The position numbers and the translations under genes are program-made. A stretch of DNA of 64,000 nt, taken from Phyllobates terribilis. Its lineage: Eukaryota. Shown here piece by piece: positions 1-29,500 of the stretch; position 1 is the first letter of the stretch, and each line of letters begins with the position of its first letter. A model generated the notes under the pieces. That model did no database searches. It saw only the letters and a list, made by a program, of their open reading frames with translations, and was not told the DNA's origin. The DNA lies in contig NW_027362769.1 in the NCBI RefSeq assembly GCF_046119375.1, positions 380,370,001 to 380,434,000 on the forward strand, written 5' to 3'.

Positions 1-877
1 CTCTCAGATTCCAATATTGTTCTATATTTCATTACGCATTTATGCGCGTCCATCACACAAAAATGTAAATCCATGGAGGGGGATGTCCAGACATAAGTGT
101 ACTCATGACCAGTGAGTAAGGTGACTGTCTGATGCTCGGTGACTGCCATGCAGCAGTCCTACTGTAATTAATGTGACCCCTGCAGTCCTCGCTGCACTTC
201 AGGCAGTTACTACTTGATACCTCATTGCTAGGCCAGCTTTAATTAAACTAAAAAAAAAAAAAAGTAGTCTCGAGTTAAAATGGCCCCTTTACAGCAAGTT
301 TCACACAAGTATAAAATATGGCCACATTGCCATGAACTCGGTATCATATCATGATTTAATTCAGTTTGGGTAATTGGACCCACATGCAGGTTGTACGTTG
401 TTGCCGTTACACAAGAACAAAATGGTGCCCATTAAGGCCATAGATATAGGTATGTAATCTTTTTGAGAGGACTGGTACCGCCTACCCATTTTAGTCACTT
501 ATCGCCACCATTTTTAATTCATATTTCACTGTTCGTCCTCATCCCGGTCAGCAGTGTCCGTTTCTCCTCACAGACCTTTCATTTTCCAGTCAGAATTCCC
601 TGTGACGCTCAGACGCGCGCCTCTACAGATTCTGACTCTTTTTTCCCTCCAAAACTCTGCATTCCCATTGGTCAGATCTCCTGTCGCTCTTGTAATCCCG
701 CTTTGCAGGACTTTAGTTGCCGCCGCTTTGGACTTGGCCGCGGCACCAAAATCTACTTTGGTGTATAAAAGGAGACACTGTAATACTTGAAACATGGAGG
801 GTGAGGAAGGCAGCCATTTTGAATAAAAAAAATGCATCTAAAAATATAACACATTATTATCTAGCAGCACACAGATA

Positions 878-2174
878 CAGTTAGGTCCATATATATTTGG
901 ACAGAGACAATATTTTTCTAATTTTGGTTCTAGACATTACCACAATGAATTTTAAACAAAATAATTCAGATGCAGTTGAAGTTCAGACTTTCAGCTTTCA
1001 TTTGAGGGTATCCACATTGAAATTGGATGAAGGGTTTAGGAGTTTCAGCTCCTTAACATGTGCCACCCTGTTTTTAAAGGGACCAAAAGTAATTGGACAG
1101 ATTAAATAATTGTAAATAAAATGTTCATTTCTAGTACTTGGTTGAAAACCCTTTGTTGGCAATGACTGCCTGAAGTCTTGAACTCATGGACATCACCAGA
1201 CGCTGTGTTTCCTCCTTTTTGATGCTCTGCCAGGCCTTCACTGCGGTGGTTTTCAGTTGCTGTTTGTTTGTGGGCCTTTCTGTCTGAAGTTTAGTCTTTA
1301 ACAAGTGAAATGCATGCTCAATTGGGTTGAGATCAGGTGACTGACTTGGCCATTCAAGAATATTCCACTTCTTTGCTTTAATAAACTCCTGGGTTGCTTT
1401 GGCTTTATGTTTTGGGTCATTGTCCATCTGCAGTTTGGCTGCATTTGGCTGGATCTGAGCACACAGTATGGCTCTGAATACATCAGAATTCATTCGGCTG
1501 CTTCTGTCCTGTGTCACATCATCAATAAACACTAGTGACCCAGTGCCACTGGCAGCCATGAATGCCCAAGCCATCACACTGCCTCCGCCGTGTTTTACAG
1601 ATGATGTGGTATGCTTTGGATCATGAGCTGTACCACGCCTTCGCCATACTTTTCTCTTTCCATCATTCTGGTAGAGGTTGATCTTGGTTTCATCTGTCCA
1701 AAGAATGTTCTTCCAGAACTGTGCTGGCTTTTTTAGATGTTTTTTAGCAAAGTCCAGTCTAGCCTTTTTCTTCTTGATGCTTATGAGGGGCTTGCACCGT
1801 GCAGTGAACCCTCTGTATTTACTTTCATGCAGTCTTCTCTTTATGGTAGATTTGGATATTGATACGCCTACATCCTGGAGAGTGTTGTTCACTTGGTTGG
1901 CTGTTGTGAAGGGATTGCCCACACCTGTCCATGAAATAGCCTTGGAGTCAATTGTCCAATTACTTTTGGTCCCTTTTAAAACAGGGTGGCACATGTTAAG
2001 GTGCTGAAACTCCTAAACCCTTCATCCAATTTTAGTGTGGATACCCTCAAATGAAAGCTGAAAGTCTGACCTTCAACTGCATCTGAATTGTTTTGTTTAA
2101 AATTCATTGTGGTAATGTCTAGAACCAAAATTAGAAAAATGTTGTCTCTGTCCAAATATATATGGACCTAACTG
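878..2174 (-). mobile_element. Tc1/mariner DNA transposon, IR/DR type, internally deleted (non-autonomous)
   Basis: TA at 876-877 and 2175-2176 flank CAGTTAGGTCC...GGACCTAACTG. Inverted repeats of about 222 bp (878-1099 and 1953-2174) each carry an outer and an inner direct-repeat-like motif. Transposase remnant lies between them. Confidence 0.93.
1131..1915 (-). pseudogene. Tc1 transposase remnant lacking the N-terminal DNA-binding domain
   Basis: ORF 1131..1994 has WTDETK, DNDPKH and SPDLNPIE (DD34E). Its listed Met lies inside the TIR, the first HTH is missing, and there is a short deletion at AAKL/QMDND. Confidence 0.88.
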
Positions 2175-2399
2175 TAGTTGCGTAAGACTCCAGCATTACA
2201 CCATTAGCGTTTATGACCAAATTTTTCATACCCAAAAATAAACCCCACCAGATCAGGACACACTAAACAAAAGGACTGCAGATCAGACCCCCTCAATTCC
2301 CCCATAAGCCAAAATAGGCCCTAAAACCAACCCCCTTCCTCCTATATAAACTGGGGACAGCTAAGAGATCCCAAAATAAACACTGTCCCCAGATTAAAT

Positions 2400-3330
2400 T
2401 CCCAAAACAAATGCATATCCAAGACCAGCCCCTACAAAAAAAAAATTCCAAGTGCAGTGGAATTGTAGAGGTAAAAAAAAACAAAACAATCCCACCATTG
2501 TTTTTACGGTGAACATTGTGCTATAAAAATGACCAGGTAACACGAGTCTGCAGGTCAGTGCAATAAATAATAATAATAAAAAATATATATAATCTGCAAG
2601 TTTTTTTAAGTGATGAAAATAATCATTATTTTCTATACTAATTACTAAAAAAAATTTGTCGAATTTTTTCGAATTTGATTTTTTTATCATTTTGAATTTA
2701 TTTTTCACACTAGTTTCTATTTTTTTTTTATTATAATTTGACTATTTTTTACACCAGTCAAAATTTATAAAAAAATAAAAAAAAATTATAAACTAGTATA
2801 AAAAAAATCAAAATTATAAAAAAAAAAAAAAAAATGTACACTTTTTTTTTTTTTTTTAGAAATGAGTAAAAAAATAAATTATAAAAAAAAAAACCCCTCA
2901 GAAATAAGTATACAAAAAAGTCGTCATTTCCTGAGACCTGTGACGTTTTCAATTTTACGTCGATGGAGGACTGTGTGAGGGATTGTTTATTTTTTTTATG
3001 GGATGGTGACACTTTTTTTTTCTTTTCGTATTGTTGATCCCTTTTTGATTGCTTTCGAGTTTGTTTTTTGTTTTGTTTTTTTTTTTACAATTTTCCACTT
3101 TTTTTTGACACTTTTCCATGAGGCCAACCACCATCAGCTCATATATAGTACAATAGATGAAATGATAGCAATTTTAAGCCCCCTGGAGGTAGGGGGATGG
3201 GGAATTAGGGGTAGCCGGAATAATAAAATAAATTTTAAATTTTTTTTTTTTATCGCAGTAATCGTACTGATCTGCAAAATCATCTTGCCAGGCCATTTTT
3301 ACTTCACAATGAAAAATTATGGAAAAAAAA
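2400..3330. repeat. AT-rich interspersed repeat with diverged inverted arms (unclassified)
   Basis: 2490-2590 and 3235-3330 are diverged reverse complements. The motif AAAAAATTCCAAGTGCAGTG...GACCAGGTAA also occurs near 52365-52480. Boundaries are approximate. Confidence 0.45.
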
Positions 3331-3799
3331 AAAAAAAGATTTTTCTCGTAAACTTGCTCATTTACACATTTTATGTCCCTGCAATTTGTCAAAACTGACA
3401 GAAACACGACATTGTTGCCCATAGCAACCAATCACAGTGAACCTTTTATTTGTCCAGAGAGGTGTCAGACCTAAAAGCCGAGCTATGATTGGTGGCAAAG
3501 GGCCAGGTTTTCTGTCACTTTTAATAAATGGGCCCCAAAAACTCGTTAAGAAACACTAATTAGACCAGTTGCTGAGGTACAGTAATTGTGTATTTGCTGC
3601 ATGCCAGATATCTCTCCAGTTCATGAAGTAACTGGGGGTGCTGCATGGCCCCGCTATCAACAGTGTCCATTCCGGAGGAGGATACAGCTGTAACACTGAG
3701 TATTGTGTGTCAGGTGTTATGTCATTTTTGGGGGGGGATTTATTCGGAGGGTGTAAGGCAGCAGTACATGGCTTCTAAGCGTAGGTGTTGTCAGACATT

Positions 3800-20672
<16,873 letters not shown>

Positions 20673-21284
20673 GTCTGCGGCCTCCTGACTGCTGCCTCCA
20701 CAGACGTGAAAGGAAGCAAAGCACACTGGAGCCGGGGATGGGTGGAGCTTCGAGCAGACGTCATTACCCAGCACCCGTCATTCGGTCGCCATTTTTAGTA
20801 AGGGCATTCTTCCCTCACTTCTTTTGCTGTGGTCTCTCCTTTGACAGATTATACAAGAAGTGGTTGATTTTTAGACTAAATGCAAAAATAAAAGACACAC
20901 TTGGTACCTGTTTACCCCAAAATGGGTTATCTTAAGTTGGTCATGGGGCATGAATCCTCATACGCATACTTTACTTTCTAACCTGTCTAAAGTGTTTTCA
21001 GGGAGACTAAAGAGGATTTTGTGCTGAATCTTGCTCTTAAGCTGCATGGGCAGTAAAATAGGTTATACCTGATTAGCTATGTGATGCCTGACAGTTTGGT
21101 TGCTAGGAATACCCTCCTTAGCAACAGTTCTGGAGGGTTGTCAGGCTGCGAGTCTGTGCCAATCTGTATGGACCAGATTATTTGGGCTAAAATTGACATT
21201 AATCTGAAGCTTCTTGTCATTCCTCCACCCTCAGTTTGATGCCCATTTGGCCTCAATCTGAAAGGCCCTGCTACTAAGGGCCCA

Positions 21285-21610
21285 CTGCTTGGCAACCTGA
21301 TGGAAGAGACTGGCAGTGTATCCATAGCAACCATGGATGCCCAATACAACCATGCCACTTCCCCATCCTCAGTTTTATGCCAACTTGGCCTAAGAAATCT
21401 TAAGACCCGCTGGTTGCTAGGGTACTGCTGCTTGGCAACCTAATGGAAGAGACTGGTTGTTAGGCAGTGTATCCATAGCAACCATGCCGCTTCCCAGTCC
21501 TCAGTTTTATGTCAACTTGGCCTAAGAAATCTTAAAACATGCTGGTTGCTAGGGTACTGCTGCTTGGCAACCATATGAAAGATGGTTGTTAGGCAGTGTG
21601 TCCAAAGCAA
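21285..21610. repeat. Tandem duplication, unit about 135 bp, about 2.3 copies
   Basis: CTTGGCAACC recurs at 21288, 21431 and 21563 with shared flanks (CAGTGTATCCATAGCAACC, CTTGGCCTAAGAAATCTTAA). Confidence 0.8.
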
Positions 21611-21723
21611 CTAGTATTAAATGGTTCATATTAAGCCATTGCGTTACCAAACTCTATAAAAAGTGATGCAAAGGACTAAAAACGGATGTGAAAAGGTTAA
21701 AAATAATTTTAATTTTGACGCTG

Positions 21724-21726
<3 letters not shown>

Positions 21727-21775
<49 letters not shown>
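21727..21775. repeat. (AT)n microsatellite
   Basis: Perfect dinucleotide run. Confidence 0.97.
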
Positions 21776-21778
<3 letters not shown>

Positions 21779-24703
21779 CCTGGCATCATGATTTATAAAG
21801 AGCGGCGCTTTAGTGCCCTGACCTCTGATGTAACATACGCCATCTCATACAGTATACAGGGGAATATTCCACTAGCTTTGTTTTTTTTTAAAAAAAAACA
21901 CCAAGAGTTTAATAAAAGTGACCTGACCATTCCTGGAGTGTTTTCCAGCATGAAGCAGCTCCATAATTTACAAAAGAAGTAAATGAAAAGGCTTAACTAA
22001 ACCCCAAACACTTCCAAGAGCTTTTGATGTGTTTTTGCTGCCATAAAAATGCTAATGTTTTATTCATTGCTTAACAGGTTTCAAAAAAATGGGGGAAAAA
22101 AGGACTCCTCAAAAACATAAATAAAACATTTCACAATTTTTATTTTTGCGGATTGTTTGGAGCAGAAACTGAACGGAAAGTGAGAAGATTTGAGAGTTGC
22201 CTCTAAGTGGCGTTGCGCACACGGAGTATTTCAAGAAGATTTTGGAGCAGAAACGGAGTAGAAATTCTTCCAATTCCGCAAAACTATTCAAAAACTTGGG
22301 AGGTTTTGCTCAGTTTCCTGCAAAACAAAAAATAACTCGGCAAATAGACTCTGGATGCATATAGGCAGTTTCTGCTCTGAAAATTCTGTGTGCACATGGA
22401 CTTAAGGATTTTGGAGAATTTCTGCTAAAAAAAAAAAAACTAACTCATCGTGAACATAACATTATGGTACGTGCACAATGAGTTTTTGCAGCGGATCCTC
22501 TCCAAAATCCTCCTCTAAAACTTCTTCCAATTCATTTATATGGCAAATTCACTTTGCCGTTAATAGGAGTTTTGTGAACTTTTTTATCCTTAAGGGAACC
22601 TGGTTAAAAAAACAAAACAAACAGGGTAGATCACTTTTTTTGTAGCGGATACTGATGGAAACCTCTCCAAACTAGGCATTATCCAATCAAAAGGCTGCAA
22701 AGAACAATTCAGGGGAAAAAACTCTTCCAAAACCTCTTCAAGAAACGCTTCTAGAAAAAAAACATTTTTACCAAAAACTCCCTTTCTGCTTGAAAAACTT
22801 TTTCGAAAGCTTCAGTTTTTGACCACCTCTAAAAAATTTTTTGAAGCAGTTGAAAATGACTTTCCGCTTCAGAAAATGTTCCTTCTTTTGGGAGTTTTAT
22901 ATTTCCTGATGCAATTTTGAAGCATTTTTGGGAGAGTTTTTTTTTTCCGGAGATGTTTTTTGAAGCCTTTTGATTGGATAGTGCTTATTTTGGAGCAGTT
23001 TTGTATCAGGATCCAAAAAGTGACATGCACTTTATTTTTTACAAAACAAACGTTTTTTCAAAGCTTGGAAGGGTGGGAAAAAAAGTGCTGAACCGAGTAG
23101 GAAGAGTCAAGTATTAATTAGGCACTTTTCATGCATTTTTTTTTTTTTAAAGCAGATCTGCTTAAAAAAAAACCTGAAAAAAAATTCACGGACATGTCAT
23201 GATATATCCGTTAACTAGAACCCATATTAGGGCCGGATTTGGATTTCCGAGTGATGGTCCTTGTACAGACCATGGTTTCCGGACCGGCCGCGAATCTCCT
23301 GATCAGAACAGTCTCATCTGTGTATACCTCAGACGTTTTACCCTAAGTTAGACATAGGCCAAAATCACAGTGTGAACACAGATGAAGGGTGAGCATAATA
23401 ATACAGGAAAACCTCTGGAAAAACACAGATTAAAACATTGTGTGCACATGAAGTTAAGGCATTTCTACGTATTAAGGTACAGCCCCATACGAACGTGAAT
23501 TTCTGTTACGGAAATGCTGCAGGTTTCTTGCAGAAAATCCACAGAGTAACATTTCTTTATGCACTATGTGAAAGTTTCTCACAGGTATTACTGTAATATG
23601 CAGCAGTAAATCAGCCCTGCGTGCACACGCCCTATTCACACAGAAGAGTTTGGATATATCACGGCATTGGGTGGTTATGTTCTTTACAGGGGAAGCAGAA
23701 CGCTTGATGGTTCAGAGCTAGAAAAGGTCTACTGGAATAATAGTATTAGGGCCTGTTCACACTTACTATATTTTCCGCTGCTGATTATTCTGCAGATTTG
23801 CAGCAAATCTGAATCAAAGCTCACAAGTTCCACCTGGAAATGCAATTATATGCTGCAGATTTAGGGTACATTCACATGGATGCAAGATTTTAGCAGCAAA
23901 TCCATACCAAGATTTTCGGACATAGAAACAGGCTGAAAAACTCAAATTTTCAGCATTTGGATGAGTTTTCTTAAAATCTAATCCACATTTTTGGTACCAT
24001 AATACAAAACAGATTTTCCCTCATGGAGTATATGGCAAAAAAGCAGTCATGTGTAACTAACTGGAGATGTGTTTTTTTTTTTGTTTTTTTCGGTGGAGGT
24101 CAAAACCAACAAGTTTTCTAGTGGAAATAGCCTCAGGAAATGCCCCTTCTTTGGGGAGTTTTTTGTCTTGGGGAAAGTTTTTTTTCCCGCTGAAACATTA
24201 TTTTTGCTTGGAGAGGGCCTAGTTTGGAGCAGCTTCCACCAGGAAAATTACATGCATTTTTTCTCTCAACCGTTTTTCAAAACCAGGAAAAAATTTTTTT
24301 TCTCTTAGGCCACGTTCAGTATTTGGTCAGTATTTTAGCGAAAATCAGGAGTGGAACAATCAGAGAAAAAGTATAATAGAATCACGTCACCACTTCTACA
24401 TTTTTAACCCTTTCTGGTTTTGGATTACACATACTGATATAAAATACAGACCGTGTGAATGTGACCTACAGGCTGAAAACCTGTAAGGTAGCTTCACAAT
24501 GCATTTTTGAAGCGATTTTACAGGTAATTTTTGAAAGATCCACTCAAAATAGCCCTCATAATCTTAGAGGTTCTTAAGACACCCTGAACCCAAGTGTCTT
24601 TGCAGAGTTTTCGTAGCAAAACCTTCAAGTTTTTGGAGGAGAATTTAGAGTTTCTGCTCCAAAACCTTCTCTAAAAACAACCATCCATGTGTACATACCC
24701 TAA

Positions 24704-24988
24704 GGCTATGTGCACACTATCGTTTAGATGCCACCAGGAGACGCAGGTTCCTGAAGGGGTTTGGCCATTCTTGCAGCGTTTTTTCCTCTATTCTCTGAAG
24801 CAGCCCAAAGAATGATCGGGTCGGTTCTTTTTGACCGCTTTAAAGCTTTCCGAGCCCTGCAGCGGTTAAAAGAAGTGACATGAGCTGGAACGTGTGCACA
24901 GCAGTGTCGTTTTGACATTGCTGTGCATTATGTTTAGTTTATGGGGCGCTCTTTTTTTGAGGTCGGAAAACGCAGTGTGCACACAGCC
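24704..24988. mobile_element. PIF/Harbinger (Tourist-like) MITE
   Basis: TIRs GGCTATGTGCACACT and AGTGTGCACACAGCC; TAA at 24701-24703 and 24989-24991; no coding capacity. Confidence 0.8.
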
Positions 24989-26500
24989 TAACAATTAAAA
25001 CCTTCACCCAAAAGTGCACAGCTGCCATTTCATTTGAGAAACTGTGCAAAGGCCCAGCCATGACCTCGTCCCGTCCCTTTCCAGGCTGATCAAACCTCCT
25101 CCCATTATCGATTTTTTTTTATTATTTTTTCTTTATTGTGCATTTGCTGCAATGAAATATCAAATCGGTTCTTGTGCTCCAGTTGCTGCCAGAACTCAAT
25201 GCATTGCGATGTGCCCTAGTGCAAGAGATGCTCTAGATTTAACCCTACATTAACCTGGCAGCATTCTGTTCCACTCTATGGTATATTATATTATATATAA
25301 AAAAAAAATAAAATAAAATAAAAAATTTGACTTCTCCATCCATTCTAATAGGTGTAAATGACACATTGAAGCATCAAGTCAGCAGTGTAACAGCAAGAGT
25401 TTTTTTTTTTTGATGGGGAATTAAAAAAAAAAAAATGAACGCGTTTCTCAATAAATGTGCAGCGACTGTGGAATAGACGAGAAGTCTGAAGCTTTTTGCG
25501 GAGAATCAGAGAGAAAAGCCAGCCACGCTTTAATCCATGAAACATAGCAAGTACGACAACAACTCCAAAACAGGCTCCTCGCGAAAAAAAAAAAAAAAAA
25601 ATAGAAAAAAAAATGGTCACTTGCATCAACAGTCCGCCTTGCCGCTGGTCATTTTTCTTAGCTGTGGTGAGCACAGTCTGCCAGCCGGTGGCGCTGTTCC
25701 CACACTTAGCACTCAAACCCTTGAGAAGCCCGGATATACAGAATTCATTAAAATGAGACTGAACAAGCAAGGGGTGCAATGCGTCTCCGTCACCCGTTTA
25801 AGTATACCCTGGAAAAATAGGCCGCCGCAAAATACGGAACTGAAACTTCAGCAGCTCGGTTGGCTCTCAGGAGGCATCCATAGAATTTTTTTTTATACTT
25901 TGATTAAATATATGTGTATTTATAATATATATTTATAGATATATATATATAAAAAAAAAATCTGACATTTCCCATTTTCAATGTGAAAACGGAAAAATGT
26001 ATTGCAGTCCGGAAAACATTTCCTTTTTGACATTGGGACCGGAGGACGGGGTGGAGGGGAAAGATTTGTTGTTAATTGATATTAGGAATAGGGGTAGATC
26101 CCCCCCCCCCATAGATGGAGTGTGACGCTCATATATTCAGGGGTGTTTCAGCAGCACCCCCTCCCCCATTCTACATGTGTCCACGAGGGGGTGTAATAAT
26201 CCATGTTCTGGTCCAATTGAACGTATTTAGGCAAAAGGGGTCCGTGTTATTCATGGAGGGATAAAGCTGGAGGCGCAGTAATGTCAAGCAGGAAAAAAAA
26301 AAAAAGAACAAACAAGAAAACCCAGCGGATTAAAATAAAAACTGCGCACAGAGTGGATGCCGCTGCACGCGTCATTGCTTTAACACTCATACATTCTTCT
26401 CAGAGTCTCTCGGACAGTTCGGAAACGGCAGGTTTCGGTGCGGACAGCTCCGCTCTGTCGGTACGGCGGTGGTGATAACGGCGGCGAGGTCGGGCTCCTG

Positions 26501-29500
26501 TCACCGGAATTCGTAGATGGGTGCACTGTGTTCTGGGACATGCGTCAGGTTTAAGGACTGATACCTGCAAGGAAACAAGATGCTTTTAAAAGCTTTATTT
26601 AGAGGTTGCCCAAGCCTATTGCTTTGCACAGCAGAGGGTTCATTACAGTTTTTTCCAATCTGCACGCTCCAATCATAAAGTGATGTCATATCACCTGCAT
26701 TATGTGATGGGAGGACGTCTGTATTACAGAGCCCACGGTATTATACCACCATACTCACTGGTACATGCTCTTCCTCTGCTTGCTGTATATGCCGCCATCT
26801 AATGCTCTGCTTTCCTGATTCAACTCACTGGTAGATTTCTCTGCTTGATATTTATGCTTTATCTGTCCCTTTCCACTCAATACTCACATATGTCTGTCCT
26901 TTCCCAACTGTAGACTTTAGAGGTGCTAAACTGCAGAGCCTGCAGAGTCCTAGCCCTGTCTTTGATCACCCAGCCATCTCCTGGTGAGATGACCAGCTGC
27001 TAATTTAGCCACAAGCAGCTCCCACAATGCCCCTCACCTGATAGTTTAGTGTGCCCTATATATTTAGAAGCTCCTTAAGGGGTGCACGCATGCTGGGTTG
27101 TGGACGCGTCTTCTTGTGCATAGTGGCTTCGGAGATAAGTGGCAGTTATTTCAGAGGCTGTTAGTCAGGGCAGGAGTCAGGTAACCAACACTTTGATCAC
27201 TTACTCTCTTTTAACTATGTTTCTGTTAGCTCTCACTTTTTCCTCTATTGTCCTCCACTTTCTAGTAACCCCTCAAATTCCTACACCTAGTAAGGAACTC
27301 TTCATCTCTCCCTCCATCCTCCCTATTCATCTCACCTCCTTCTCTGAATTATTCCCCAACATTCAATCCTGGACTCCAAACACAGACAGCCACCTCATGC
27401 TCTCTCCTACTCCCACCTGCTAACACTTTCTCTGCTCCTCCTCACTGCTGGAGATATCTCTCCAAATCCTGGTCCTCCTCGCCATATCCCCACAGTTACT
27501 TCTTCCTCCTATCCACGACCTTCCACAAACTGTCGCAACCCTTCTAACCTCATACCCATCCAACTAATCCCCACTTCCTCAGTTGCTCTAACAGGAGCTC
27601 TATGGAACGCTCGCTCCATCTGCAACAAACTTTCCTACATCCACGACCTTTTCATTACTAACAAACTTTCCTTCCTTGCTATCACAGAAACATGGCTCAC
27701 CCCCTCTGACACAGCCTCCCCAGCTGCACTTTCATATGGTGGATTCCACCTTTCCCACACCCCCCGCCCCAACGGCAAACATGGTGGAGGCATAGATTTT
27801 CTCCTGTCAGATACCTGCGCTTTCACCCAAATATCACTGCCACCCTCTGTTACACTCCCCTCTTTTGAGGTGCACTGTGTGCGCATCTATTCCCCCTCTG
27901 ACCTCCAACTGGCCGTCATTTACCAACCCCCAGGGCTAGCCCCCACTTTCGTAGACCACTTCACCGCCAGGCTGCTTCACTTCCTTTCCACTGACATCTC
28001 CACTATCATAATGGGTGACTTCAACATCCCCATTGACACTTCCCACTCGTCTGTCTCTAAGCTTCTATCCCTCACTTCCTCCTTCGGCCTTGCTCAATGG
28101 TCTTCGGCAGCTACTCATAAAGATGGCCACACACTGGACCTCATCTTCACCCGCCTCTGTTCCCTATCTAACCTCTCTAACTCACCTCTCCCTCTCTCTG
28201 ACCATAACCTCACATTCTCTACCCTCTCCTCTCCAGGTGCACAATCCCCACTCCACAAACTTACACACACTCGCAGAAACCTTAAACACCTTGACCTACA
28301 CTCACTCTCTGAATCCCTTCTTCCTCTTACAGACATAAATTCCCTACACAATGCAGATGTTGCTGCCGCTTCATATAACACCACAATAGCTGCAGCTCTC
28401 GACTCGATCGCCCCTCTCACACATACCAAATCTCGCACAATCAACAGGCAACCCTGGCACACCAAACTTACTAAAGATCTGCGACGGGCCTCCAGGGTTG
28501 CGGAGAGGAGATGGAAAAGGTCTCACTCCATCGAGCACTTCATCGCATTCAAACAATCCCTCACTATTTTCAAGTCCGCACTCACTACAGCAAAACAAAC
28601 CTACTTCTCATCTCTCATATCCTACCTGTCTCACAACCCTAAACAGCTATTTAACACTTTCAATTCTCTCCTTCGTCCCCCCGCGCCTCCTCCCTCTTCT
28701 CTCATCTCAGCCGAAGACTTTGCTTCATTCTTCAAGCAGAAGATTGACACCATCAGACAAAGCTTTTGCCTAAAGCCCGCACAACCCCTCCTCATATCTA
28801 CTCAACCCTCCTCCTCCAAACCCCACTTTTCCACCATTACAGAAGGTCAAGTCTCCTCTTCACTCTCCAAATCATACCTCACCACCTGCAAACTTGACCC
28901 AATCCCATCCCACCTCATCCCTAACCTTACCACTGTCTTCATCCCAACCCTAACCCATCTCTTCAACCTGTCACTAACCGGTGTCTTCCCCTTATGTTTC
29001 AAACACGCTGCAATCACACCCATCCTCAAAAAGCCCTCCCTTGACCCATCCTCTCTGACTAGCTACCACCCCATATCACTTCTCCCCTTTGCCTCAAAAC
29101 TACTAGAACATGTCCACCTTGAACTGTCCTCCCACCTTTCCTCCTGTTCCCTCTTCGACTGCCTGTAATCTGGCTTCCGACCGCATCACTTGACTGAAAC
29201 TGCCCTGACCAAAGTCACCAACGACCTACTAACTGCCAAATCCAAGCGACACTACTCCATCCTCCTCCTTCTGGACCTGTCATCTGTCTTCGACACAGTG
29301 GACCATTCCCTCTTACTACAGATTCTCTCATCTCTTGGCATCACGGACTTGGCCCTATCTTGGATCTCCTCATACTTAACAGACAGGACATTCAGCGTCT
29401 CCCACTCATGCACCACCTCCTCATCTCGCCCCCTATCTGTCGGTGTCCCCCAAGGTTCAGTTCTAGGACCTCTGCTCTTCTCCATCTACACCTTTGGCCT

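Noticed and set aside
1-877. Short ORFs and a TATAAAAG at about 764; possible start of the next syntenic gene (MYO15A)
   Set aside because: No recognisable coding exon or splice-supported frame; the TATA-like motif alone is not evidence.
1953-1994. Start codon of the 287-aa transposase ORF
   Set aside because: It lies within the TIR, so it is not the native transposase start.
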